A stretch of DNA of 64,000 nucleotides from Prorocentrum cordatum (Eukaryota), in NCBI GenBank assembly GCA_963575745.1, contig CAUYUJ010000203.1, positions 62,001-126,000 of the forward strand, read 5' to 3'. Below the pieces are notes generated by a model, which saw nothing but the letters and a program-made list of their open reading frames with translations, had not been told where the DNA came from and searched no databases. Within the stretch, counting starts at the first letter, position 1. Every line of letters begins with the position of its first letter. Below are positions 1-11,101 of the stretch, in pieces. The position numbers and the translations under genes are program-made.

Positions 1-15
1 CCTGAGCCCGCCTCA

Positions 16-180
16 CAGTGGAGGCCCATGCCAAGAAATTCCTTGCTTGCATCCAGATTGCCCTGGGTTTCTTGGACTTTCATGGTTTTGCGATGGAAAG
101 CGCGACGCTCCCACACCAAGCATCAATGGAAGTCCTGGGGTCTCAGGGATGGGTTTCTTGTGGAAGGTTTCTTGTGGTCC
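16..180. repeat. Dispersed ~165-bp repeat (second copy ~7434-7597)
   Basis: Shared gcccatgccaagaaa...ggttttgcgatggaaagcg...gggtttcttgtggaaggtttcttgtgg. Confidence 0.8.
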
Positions 181-329
181 AGCCCCTATTGTAATTAGGC
201 CCAGGACGTGGGACAACTTCCTTCCTCGAGAAACCGCGAACCTCGGTCCTCGAGGGCCCAGGAAAGGGTGAGGATCCCTTCCCCCGTCACCTCCCGACGT
301 GCAGCAGCCCCCCCCCCCCGCGCGAGCAG

Positions 330-390
330 GCCTCATTTGGGCCGTGCTGATGCTCTGGTTCTTCTGCATGGGCGCGTTCTCGCACATGAG
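330..390 (+). CDS. Host gene exon a, polycystin/PKD2-like cation channel (xLIWAVLMLWFFCMGAFSHM-R, TM helix)
   Basis: CAG acceptor at 327-329 and GC donor at 391. Hydrophobic helix. Ends ATG AG, which joins exon b (G CTG GAG) to read M-R-L-E-E. Upstream exons lie outside the window. Confidence 0.7.
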
Positions 391-502
391 GCGGGCCCCG
401 CCGGCCGGCCTGCCCGTGTTGCCGTCGGCGCTCCGCATGGTCGTCCGCCGGGGGTGCTGGGCACCTCCTCCAGCCCATCGCCATGGACAATGCAACGTCT
501 TG

Positions 503-673
503 TCGGGGGTGGACAGACCTTCTGCCCTGGCGCGTCGATTGAGGAATTGGCCGTTTTCGGTTCGCGAGAGGGCGCCGCGGCCGTCCTGTTTGCGGGTCCA
601 GGTCCATCGGTTTCGGTCCCAGGCCGTTTTCACTAAGGGGAGGTCTACTCAAGGGAGGTTTGTCCACCATTGA
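503..673. mobile_element. MITE-like family A (171 bp, TC...GA ends, 5-bp TSD TCTTG)
   Basis: TIR TCGGGGGTGGACAGACCT / AGGTTTGTCCACCATTGA. TCTTG at 498-502 and 674-678. Homologous copies at 30525 and 60083. Confidence 0.8.
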
Positions 674-982
674 TCTTGGACTGGGACGATCGAAATGGGT
701 ACGGAAAGAACGGATACAATGCCCCACAGCGGTGCCCGTTCATTTTGCACAGGGCTCGCGGCTCGCTGTCCGCGCCGCCGCAGGCGTTGTTCCTCGAAGA
801 CAAAGGGCCGCCTGCCAAACAGTGCCCGCTGTCGGTTTTGGACAACCTTGCGGTGTTCGGCATCGTACCCATGCTTGCTGTACCCACTTCGGATGTACAA
901 GTGGGTGGGCAGAGGGGTCCTCGAGGTGCTGCGCCTCTGGGCCTCTTGATATAGAGCTCCTCAGCATGAGAGGCCGTGCCTG

Positions 983-1174
983 TCGGGCCGGACGAGAGGG
1001 GGGATTGGGAAAGGGGGAGTTACGACATTTGCTGCATGCAGCTGGTTTCGGCCCCACCGAGGGGCCCATTCCTCAAACATGGGCGGCTCCTGGCGCCGGG
1101 AGGCGCCGGGAAAAGCAGCAATGTGAGCTGATTCTCAGACCCCCCTTTGCTATCCCCCCTTCCGCCCGACCCGA
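983..1174. mobile_element. MITE-like family B flanked by a 71-bp direct duplication
   Basis: TIR TCGGG..CCCGA. 912-982 repeated at 1175-1245 with 4 mismatches. Homologous to 27953-28147. Confidence 0.8.
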
Positions 1175-1519
1175 GAGGGGTCCTCGAGGTGCTGCGCCTC
1201 TGGGCCTCTTGATGCAGAGCTTCTCAGCATGAGAGGCCGTGCCCGGAGAAGGGGCCCCGGGGTCCACGGGGCCAAGTGTCCTCAGCGCCCGCTCCCCCAG
1301 GCCAGTCGTCCTCTTCCGCCCCCGCTCGTCCCGCCCTCGAACGTCGATGCTCGAGCCCCGAATATGTCCATGGGGTCCCCAAAACACATTAGCCAACTCT
1401 CGCCCAAAGCATCGGACAGCGATGGCCGCCCCCCCTCCCCCGTCCTGGAGGATGGGGCAGAGGAGGAGAAGGGGAAGGAGGAGGAGGAGGAGGAGTCGGA
1501 GAAGAAGTAGGAGTAGGAG

Positions 1520-1557
1520 GATGATGATGTTGATGACGGTGACAATGATACTGCAGT

Positions 1558-1601
<44 letters not shown>

Positions 1602-1865
1602 GTGATCTCCATGATCATGATGATCATCATGACGATGATGATCATGAGGAGGAAAATGCTGATGATTATGCTGATGCTGCTGTGGATGATGATGATGCAG
1701 ATGCTGATGCTGATGCTGCTGATGATAATGATGATGCTGATAAGGATGCTGATGATGATGATGATGATGAGCATGATGATGCTGATGCTGCTGCTGATGA
1801 TGATGATGCTGATGATGATGATGATGCTAATGCTGATGATGATGATGATGATGATGATGCTGAAC

Positions 1866-1915
<50 letters not shown>

Positions 1916-1943
1916 GGTGGTGATGATGATGATGATGATGATT

Positions 1944-1979
<36 letters not shown>

Positions 1980-2070
1980 GTGATGATGATGCTGATGGTG
2001 ATGCTGCTGATGATGATGATGATGATGATGCTGATGCTGATGCTGATGCTGATGCTGATGATGATAATGC
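1520..2070. repeat. (GAT)n compound microsatellite with GCT/GGT interruptions
   Basis: Direct inspection; source of the poly-M/D/I/H ORFs. Confidence 0.95.
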
Positions 2071-2254
2071 TGTAGGGTCCAGGACGCGTTTCCCTCGTTG
2101 ACCCGCCCCCCCCCACGCTGAGCCCTCCCCGGGCCTCGCACCAGCTCGCAGGAGCTCCGTGCCGGACTCCGAGCCTAGAGGTCTCGGGCGGGGGTTGGCA
2201 ACGGATGGGGCGACCTGGATTCAAAGGCAGTGGCGGAGCATCCTGGCTTGCCTC

Positions 2255-2470
2255 ACGTGGGCCCATCAACGAATGTTCTAGTGAGAGTCTTCTCTAGCCT
2301 GCACTGAGTTTTTTTAGAACACTTCTAGCGGAGACCGTGCTGTTGTAATACGTCGGGCCTATGTTCCACGAATTTGATGTTCTGTTTCTGGAGCATTAGT
2401 TGGTTCTGAGAACATGTCGTGGTAGGCCTATACGGCTGCCGGGACGGTCGTTGCCCCTGCTCAATTCATT
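2255..2470. repeat. Dispersed repeat (relatives ~53115-53322 and ~57820-58027)
   Basis: Shared gttcta..tagaac motifs and end gtggtaggc...gccg(g/a)gacggtcg..ccctgctca. Confidence 0.6.
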
Positions 2471-4463
2471 GGGGACGGGGAGCAGGGCCTCGAATCGGGG
2501 GAGCGTAAGACCCGGGTTTGCCAGGACTCGGGTTCGCCATCGTTTTTTGACGACCGCGCCTCGGATTTTGACGAGTAGGAGTTTCGTGGGATGTCTGCAG
2601 CGGGAGGCCTCGTCAAAATGCAGGCTCGGCCTCGTCATTTTTTGACGACCTCGTCGGGGATTTCCGAGTCCCTTGTACCCAGGTCTTACGTCCCCCTGAT
2701 TGAAGGGGTCCATTCGGTTCCCTGTTGGAGCCAGCACGGGTCCTAAATGGCCCCATTTAGTTTGATGTGGTTGACGCATAGAAGGTCCATCGAAAAGAGG
2801 GTGGTGCAATAGATCTGGTGCAAGATGTTTGTGGGATTGCAATACATGTGGGGCGTGCAATAATACATTATCGTGCGCAGATGTATTGTTGGATTCGGGC
2901 GTGCAATCATTAGATGCAACACGATGCAATCTTATTCTCCTGCGTAATAAATTCGCAACACAATTGCCCAAGTCTATAGCACCACCCCCATTTCAGCTGG
3001 ACTCCCCTCTGTGTCAACCAAGGTGAGGGCCTTTTTTTCTGCACCCCCCCATTTAGGCAAGCTCCCATCACCACCCGCCCGAAGGTTTGGCTCATAACCC
3101 TGGCGGCGCAGGAGAGAAAGAGAGAGAAAGAGAGAGAGGTTGTCGACTGGCGTGTTGGCATTCGCGCGCAAATGAAGAGGGAACATTCGGCACGCACACA
3201 AATGAAGATCGATGCCCAGGACAGCAGCATGGGACACATTCGGGAAGCGGCGGGGTAGACGAAACTCCAGAACATGTGGACAAACATCTAGGGAGTCCTT
3301 CAAGGTGTGTATGTTTGGCCGTGCCTCCCTGGGCTCCTTTCGGCCGCCTGCGTAGACTGCTCGGGTGCTGCTGGGAGTGGTCCGGGCCCACGGTGCCCCC
3401 GGCCTGCCCCGCCCGAGCGGCGCAAGAGAGAGATGGCCGACCGCCGCGGGCTCTCGCACGCAGATCGGAGGAGCAAGAAGCTTGGAGTCGTCTGAGGATT
3501 TCTGAAGCGGCCCAGCACTGGTCCTGGGCAGCAAGAAGGGCGGGCAGGTTCAAGGTTCTGGGTTCGCAACGGTTTTGTGCCTCTGTCGGCCTCTGGGGGC
3601 AGTTTTAGGGCGCGGGGACAGTCAAAAACGAATGCTGGGTGAACAACTACACCAGATGGACGCCGGGAGGGGTCCAGGGACCGATTTTGAACGGAATTGG
3701 CGTCATCCCCCCTCCTGACCGATGTTCTGTGGTCCTAATCAGTTCAGATCCCCAGCTCAGATCCCTGGCCGCCTCCAACCAGAAGCCATGACCATGATGG
3801 TGCGTTCCGGGACCCCCCAGGTTTCCTGTTCTTCCCGCTGCCTCCGGTCATGGGGGCCTCTGGATGCCCCAGAGCTCCTGGGTCATATCCTGAGCTCATC
3901 GCTCGATGTCATCGTTCTCGCCCCAGGTCAGGGCTCGTTTCGATTCCTCCGATGCGATTCGATTCGGTTTCGATGGGCTCCGATTCCGATTCGATTCGAC
4001 TTGGGATTCCAATTTGGGTTCCGATTTCTTGTTGGAGGCATACTGGCCTGCCCATGTCCGCCGATCCGATGCTGGGCTCTCCTGCCAGGTGGAGGCTGCC
4101 AGCGCAGACGGCGTCGGCGGCGCGCAAAATCGCCCTCTGCCCCGCGCGGGGTGCCGCCCAGAGGGAGGGCTGCGAGAGCCGCCGCGCGGGGGTCGGCGTG
4201 CCCCCCGGCGCGTGGGCTGGGCGCCCTTCTCTCGGCGACCCGTGCTCGTATCTACCCTCCTCCTCCTCCTCCTCCACCTTCTCCTCCTCCTTCTCCTCCT
4301 CCTTCTCCTCCCTCCTCCTCCTCCTCCTCCTCCTTCTCCTCCTCCTCCTCCTCCTCCTCCTCCTCCTCCTCCCTCCTTCTCCTTCTCCTTCTCCTTCTCC
4401 TTCTCCTTCTCCTTCTCCTCCTCCTCCTCCTCCTCCTCCTCCTCCTCCTCCTCCTCCTTCCTC

Positions 4464-6827
4464 TTTCAAGACCCTTTCAATAAGGGCTCCGCAGCGCCCC
4501 ACGGCGGGGCGCTGTAGCCGAACGCGACGAACTTGTCCCCCCCTCGGTGGCCGCCAGCCTCCTCCACCTGAGGAGGGCGGCACGCTCACCACCCGAGGGG
4601 GCGATGGCGATGAGGAAGCCGCTGTTCAGGTTGGTTACCTCCGTGAAGCCCTGCTGGTGCCCGATGCTCTGCTGGTGCCGGGTGCTCTGCTGGTTCCCGT
4701 TGGTGTGCTGCTGGTTCTCGGGGGTGTGCTGGTTCCCGTAGGTGTGCTGCTGGTTCCCGTCGGCGCGGGGTGGAGGCTTGGCCGCCAGACTGGTGTTGGG
4801 GCACGCCGTCGGAGACGCTCTCCTGGGGCGTGGTGTTTCTGGTGGCGTCGCCGTGGTCGGCTGGGCCATCAGGGTCATCGGGATCGATCTCGTCCTCTCG
4901 GGGGTCGGGCACGGCCTCGAGGATGAAGCGCACCTTCTTGGTCGTAGGGGTTGGTGTGGTGGCAGCCGTCGGAGTCCTCCTCGTGGGAGTAGTCCTGGGG
5001 CTGCTGGTCTTCCTTCTGCGTACTCCAGCGTCCTCCTGCACGATCTTCTCCTCGTTCTCGCCGTCAGCTCGCACGTCGACGCCGGCCAGGATCGCCTCGA
5101 TTCGGGCGGAGATGGGAGGCGAATGCTCCATGGCGGCCTTGGAGGCGGCCATGGAGGCGAAGGCGGCGGCGTTGGGGAGAACGATTCCCGCCGCCTGGAG
5201 TGGTGCAGTGGCTGCGGCATGCCATTGGGGTGTCGTTCGGAGGTCGGGGGTCGTGGGGCCTCTTGGTCGTTGGGCGGGGTCGTCGGGGAAGGATCGTCGG
5301 GGGAGGGGCGTCGAAGGGCGTCGTGGGGTCGTCGAAGGGAGCCGCGTGTCGTGAGGCTTGGGGCGTCGAGGGGGGGGGCGGGGGTCTTCGAGGGTCACGG
5401 GTCTCCTGGGGCACGCCGTCGGACATGGTGTCCTGAGGCGTGGCGTCGTGGTCGGCGTCGCTGTCAGAGTCCTCCTGGTCGGAGTCGTCGTCGGCTGGGC
5501 CGTCTGAGTCCTTCTCGTCCGTCGTCGTCGGCAACAACTGGGTCCTCCTATTGGTACTCTCCTCCTCGTGCTCGGGATCGTCATCCTGATCGTCCGTATC
5601 GCCCTCCTCGGACTCGCTCCCGTAGCTCCCGTAGCTCTTCTCGCAGCTCCCGAGGGCAGCCTCGGAGACGCTCCCGTTGCGCCCGTAGCTCTTCTCGTAG
5701 CCCTCCTCGAAGTCGCTCCCGTAGCTCTCGTTGCCCCCGTAGCTCTTCCCGTAGCTCTTCTCGTAGCCCTTCTCGTAGCTCTCGTTGCTCCCGTAGTTCT
5801 CGTTGCTCCCGTAGCTCCTCCCGTAGTTATCGTAGCTCTTCCCGTAGCTCTCGTTGCTCCCGTAGCTCTTCCCGTAGCTCTTCTCGTAGCCCTTCTCGTG
5901 GCCGTTGATCCGCAGGGCCTCGTGCGTGTCGACGTGGTCGCCGATCCGCTGGGCCTCGAACGCGTCGACGTGTTCGCTGATCCTCTGGGCCTCGTACGTG
6001 TCGACGTGGTCGCCGATCAACTGGGCCTCGTACGTGTCCTGTTTCTTGTGGCCGTTGGTCCGCTGGGCCTCGTACGTGTCGACTTGGTCGCCGATCCGCT
6101 GGGCCTCGTACTGCTTCGCGTGGCCGTCGGTCTTCTGGGCCTCGTAGGTGTCGGTGTGGCCGCCGATCCGCCGGGCCTCGTACGTGTCGATGTGGCCAGC
6201 GTGGCCGGCGCCGCGGCGCGCCGTGGCAGCATGCGCGGCCTCCTCCGCGACCTGTCGGAGGCGGTCGGCCGAGGGACAGGCGACCCCTGGAGATGGGGTG
6301 GTCCAGCAGTGCGCCTGCGGCACCTGGATGGCTATGTACTTGGCGTACTGCTGCTGGTCGTGCTTCGTGTCGGCGCCCGTGCTGTTGGCCTCGGCCCGCG
6401 GCCTGCTGCCGCCGTGGCCCAGCCGAGGTCGACCTGCGGCCAGGGCGATGTCACCTGCGGTGGCGGCCGCGAAGCCCGTCGCGGGCGCGCGTGCCGCGTG
6501 CCGGGCGGCGTTGCGGCGCCTGCGCGCGCCGCCTGGGAGGGGCCGCCCCTCGGCCGGGCACTGCAGGGCCGGGCGCGAGGCGGCCTCGCGATCCCGCCAG
6601 GACCCCGGCGCGCTGTCGCGGCTGCCGAGGGCCCGGCGGAGGCCCGCCTCGCAGGCCAGCCGGCAGCGCATCCGGGCCGCTCGCCGGGCCGCCGAGGCTC
6701 CCTTCTCCTGGGCCTCGCGGGCCCGTGTCCCAGTGGGCCGCCATGCTGGCGGGCAGCCCCCCGCAGCCATGAGAGCACGCCGGGCGGAACCCGCGCGCGA
6801 GCTGGCTTGAGCCAAAATGGCTACGGA
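4464..6827 (-). pseudogene. SL-headed intronless retrocopy or non-autonomous retroelement encoding a tandem-repeat protein (frameshifted)
   Basis: Perfect SL at 6827-6806, ATG at 6770, frame open to 5064, then overlapping frames 4586..5584 and 4477..5220. Repeats: DTYEAQRIGDHV (36 bp), SYGK/SYEK (12 bp), GNQQHT (~21 bp). (CCT)n tracts on both sides. Left boundary approximate. Confidence 0.6.
6806..6827 (-). other. Genomic copy of the dinoflagellate spliced leader
   Basis: cttgagccaaaatggctacgga is the reverse complement of TCCGTAGCCATTTTGGCTCAAG, an exact match to DCCGTAGCCATTTTGGCTCAAG. Confidence 0.97.
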
Positions 6828-8282
6828 GTCCTCCTCCCTCTCCTCCTCCTCCTCCTTCTTCGCCTCCTCCTCCCCTTGTCCGTCCATTGTTTTGGACTCC
6901 CAGATTCAATCGGTCGTTGAAAGCAGGTCGTTGCAAGTAGGTATTCTTCCGAGGAGGAGAGGGTACCCCTACCTCTACCCTTCCCTCGTCTTCCCCTTTC
7001 TGGGGCCTCCTGGGAGGCCCACGCTGCCACCGCTGGGTTCGCCTCGAAATCCTGGTCAGAACGCACCCCAGGAGAGGTCGAGGGGGTGTGGCGGTATCGG
7101 TACTTTTTGGTTTCCCAGTGAAGTCCGAGCATTTTCTCTGGGTAGAGGGCAAAGGGTGAAATCTGGAATGCCGTTTCGACGGATGTTCGAGGCTTGACTC
7201 TGCAAAAGGTGAATGACAAGTCGGATTGAGTTTCGAGGTGCAGAAGCCCATATGGATTTCACCCTGAGCCCTCCACCCTAAGAAAATGCTCAGGAATTCC
7301 CATATTCCACTCTAATTACTTTAAGCTCTTGCCTACTTCAATGATCGAGTGGCTTCACCGTTTCCCTCCTCTCGGGGGGCGCGCGGAGGCCCAATCTACT
7401 TTCACAGCCTTCCTACTCCATGTTCCTACCTGCAGTGGGGGCCCATGCCAAGAAACACCCTGCTTGCCTCCAGGGTGCCCCTGGGTTTCTTGGGTTTCGA
7501 TGGTTTTGCGATGGAAAGCGTGACGTTCCCACACCAAAAATCAATGGACGTCCTGTGGTCTCAGGGTTGGGTTTCTTGTGGAAGGTTTCTTGTGGGCTGG
7601 GCCCCGCTTTTCGTGCTTTCCGCGTCGAAGGACAGAGCGTAAGCATGCTATCTCGGAGGTCCGCGCGGATCTCTTGGACCTGGCTGGGCTCGGCCCCGCT
7701 GGCGGCGCCTCCGGCGCCGCCCCTGCCGCGCTCCGCCGGAGAGGGAGGGGGGGGGTTCAGCGCGTTATCCAAGACATCCGCCTGGACTGTCGAGAAAGTA
7801 GGTTTATTATTCGACGTGCTCCTCAAACAGAGGATGCCCCGCGCCTGTGCCCCTCGCCCCGGCGTGACCCTCGGCTGCGGCCCACGGCCTTCCGACCTCG
7901 GCATCAAGCTGGGCCCTGGCGTCCCAGGGGTCTGACACGGTTGGGACCCCAGAGCATCGGGCAGGAAGGGGAGATGAGACCAAATCCGCTCAAATGCGGC
8001 CCCCGCACCTTGGGGTCCGTCTGGTACAGGTTTTTTGCCCAGGTCGATCTCTCACGGGCCCAGGGCCCGGGAACGGCCCCCAGCAGCCGAACATGGCAAA
8101 CAACCTCTTCGACCCCAGAACCTCGAGCTTGCCCGCCCTTCGTGCCGGTCGGAAGCAGTGCTGGGCCACCTCAGACCCCCAGGCGGCTCCGCGGCCTTGG
8201 CGTGTTCTTCCGATTTGGTCTCGCTGCAGTTGCCGCGGCACCCACGGCGCACCCGACCGCTCGGCCCGCACCCACGGCTCAG

Positions 8283-8356
8283 GCTGGAGGAGGCGCACGC
8301 GCAGGAGTTCGCTGTGATCTTCGACATACAGGAGAACGCGAACTTTGCATTCAGCG
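8283..8356 (+). CDS. Host gene exon b (LEEAHAQEFAVIFDIQENANFAFS-G)
   Basis: CAG acceptor and GT donor at 8357. Phase-compatible with exons a and c. GC3-rich. The FDIxENANFAF motif resembles dinoflagellate polycystin-like proteins as I recall them. Confidence 0.8.
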
Positions 8357-10750
8357 GTGCCTCGGCCCGAGCTGGATCTGTCACCTCGTGAGAGTTCGTC
8401 GAGGAGGCACAACCCTACACTTTCGGGGCTTCGCCCGGATTTCTTGGATCGGCGCTGAGCCCCACCCCAGCGGCGCCTTCGGAGGCGCCGCTCGGGGGGG
8501 CCCATCGCCGATACGAGACATTTGCGCGGAGCGCCGAGATTTTCGACTTACGCAGCTGTGTGTTCTTCGAAGGGATCGTCCAGATGGTCAGCACCCGAAG
8601 GTGCAGGTTCGATTGAATCCGATGGCGGTGGATGAACGTCTCTAAGGGAATGGAACTATTCTTTCGCAGATGGTGGCCGGTTCCACATGGGGCCTCTGCT
8701 CGTTGTGACTGGATGCGTCCAGCGAATTCACGAGCCCATTGGACCAATGAATCTTCAATATGTAACCCCTTACTGGCTCGATTGAAGACCCAGAGGGACT
8801 TTGGGGCTGCTGACTTCTCTCGTGCTCTTCCCACCTCCCCTACCCGCCCCCCGTCTCTCCCAGCGCCCCGCCTTGTCGTGTCTTGCCATCCCAACTCTCG
8901 ATCCTGAACCTCCTCCTCCTCCTCTTCCTGCTCTCTCTCTCTCTCTCTCTCCTCATCCGCTTCCTTGTTTGCTGTACCTCTCCAGTGCGTCCTCCGCTGC
9001 TCCCAGTCCGACGACGAAGGCCTCCGACGAAGGCCTCCAACAGAGGTCCCCGAGCCTAGACCATGTCCTCCGACAAGAGGCCTCGTTGAGGAGGGGGGGG
9101 CCTTCCCCAGAGGGGGGCGGTGGGCTGCAGGAGGTGATGTCCGTCGTCAGTCCACGATTGGAGTTCCGCCAGCTTCCAGACCCTGGATCCCTGATCCAAT
9201 AGGTCGGCGGCGAGCGCGGGGGGGAAGTGAGAAGGAGAAGGCCTTCTCAGAAGGCGGCGGGGCTTCTCAGGAGCTCTGGCGCCTTCTGAGACGACTTCTG
9301 TGTCTTCGTGGAAGGCTTAGGAGACTTTTCAGGAGACCGGGGGACTCCCGAGCCTTCTGAGAAGGCCCCTCGTCACTCCCCCCTGGGCGCGCCGCCGAAC
9401 AGTTCCTTATCCAATGCCTTTGTTCATCACATGCACAAGCTATATTCACGTATGGTAGCAAAGACATTCGACCCGCATAGTAAGGATGGGGAACCTTCCC
9501 AAGGGTACCCTTGCATCCTTGTCTCCTAGGCCCATCCTTGGCCGCTTTCGCTGGATGCGCCCCGGCCGCACCGTGTCAACATGGCCTTCCCAGGCCCTTG
9601 CATCCTCATCGTGCATCCTTATGATATGGGTTGGTTGCACATCAACATGTCAGAGTGAGGGGGCCGAACTGTCATTCAATTTCCCTGGGTTGGTGGCTGA
9701 AGTGGGGTTCCTCGGTGCGGATTGTTGTTGCGTTGCGTTGCGTTGTTGTTGTCGTCGTCCCACTCGCGACCCGGCCCGTGACCCACCCGCGATCCGCCCG
9801 CGACCCACCCGTGATTCACCGCGACCCACCCACCCGCGACCCCGCCCCCGACTCGCCCACCCGCGACCCAACCCGCGCCCGCCCTTTCACTCTGATCCGC
9901 GACTGCGGGGTGCTGCCCACACACGGAACGGAACGATGTCCCCTACCAAGGGTTGGCTGAGCGGGTCAGGAGAGTTCTTTGGGTTGTTTTTTGTTGGGGG
10001 GGCTTCTCCCTACAGGGGTGGCTTCCCCTATGCGAAGCTGTGCCACTATTGGAGAGGCCTGACGGCCGGTGCCGCCGACCCTGAGTGAAAGGGCTAGGAG
10101 TGGGGGGAGGAAGCGGAGGAGGAGGAGGAGGAGGAGGAGGCGGAGAAGGAGGAGGAAAAGGAGGAGGAGGAGGATTTTTTGTGGCTGTTTTTTGTTGGGG
10201 GGGCTTCTCCCTCCAGGGGGGGCTTCTCCTGTGCGACGCTGTGCCACTATCTGAGGGCGCCGTACCTCGGCCCCCATCCCGCGCCCCTCGAGCCACCCTC
10301 GATCGACCCCTCGATCCTCGATCCTCGATCGGCCCTTCGACCTCGATCGATCCTAGATCCTCTGATCCTTCGACCTCGCCTGACCAGCTTGAGACATCTC
10401 CCGGTCCCTGCGTTTGGCACCGCCTCGCCTCGGTGCCGATCTCGAGGACTCCCTCCATTTCTGAGGGCACGTCCCTGAGACTGTCCTCATTTTTGATGCT
10501 CGCCCCTCTAAGGGATAGTCAGAGCCCCGAATCATCAGGGGTAACTCGGGTCAGGGCTAACTCGGGTCAGGGCTAACTCGGGTTCCTTTTTTCGGGAATC
10601 CAAACCCGAGTTACCCCGGACCCGAGTTACCCCGGATAACTCGGGCGCCCAATTTTTGATGCTCGCCCATCTTAGGGATAGGGATAGGTTCGAGGCTGGT
10701 TAGGGTCGGCCCCCTCGCGGGCCCCCCGCGCCCCGCCCTTCGGGGCGCAG

Positions 10751-10788
10751 GCTCCGTGCCGCACGAGAACGGCCGCATGGGCCACAAG
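10751..10788 (+). CDS. Host gene exon c (G-SVPHENGRMGHK)
   Basis: CAG acceptor and AAG|GC donor. Phase 1 start matches exon b; phase 0 end matches exon d. Confidence 0.75.
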
Positions 10789-10900
10789 GCCTCCGCTCTC
10801 TGCCGCCCGAGGGCCCGGTCCTTGCCTCCCCGCGCGGCTGCATCCCGCTCCTCCCTCCTCCTCCTCCCTCCTCCTCCTCCCTCCCTCCTCCTAAGACTCG

Positions 10901-10942
10901 TCCGTAGCCATTTTGGCTCAAGTCCGTAGTGTTTCACTCAAG
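10901..10942 (+). other. Spliced leader (10901-10922) plus degenerate second SL TCCGTAGTGTTTCACTCAAG (10923-10942)
   Basis: Exact SL match followed by a 20-nt copy conserving TCCGTAG and CTCAAG. Confidence 0.93.
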
Positions 10943-11101
10943 GACTGAGTATTTTGGCGTGGGGGAGCAGCGGCCCCCGAAGGCTTCCGTACCTCCTCTC
11001 TGCCTGCCCAGGCTGGAGGTACCTCTTACACGTGCTACATCGGGACCGTAAGTTCCCTTCAGCAGTTACCAGTTACATCACTTTGCAGCCTGCGAGGGCG
11101 G

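Noticed and set aside
784..805. Candidate micro-exon ALFLEDK
   Set aside because: Inserting it would break the frame between exons a and b, which join directly.
1073..2269. Long ORFs of poly-I/M/D/H (also 58293-59195, 39392-42024, 51522-53217)
   Set aside because: Stop-free frames produced by GAT, GTC and GGA/CCT microsatellites; no coding evidence.
10535..10636. Possible further TC...GA element (taactcgggt / acccgagtta inverted repeats); similar case at ~60354-60560
   Set aside because: Inverted repeats are present, but no matching TSD or second copy was found, so neither was counted.
10901..10922. SL RNA genes at the three SL sites
   Set aside because: None is followed by the GT donor and intron of an SL RNA; each is followed by mRNA-like or element sequence.
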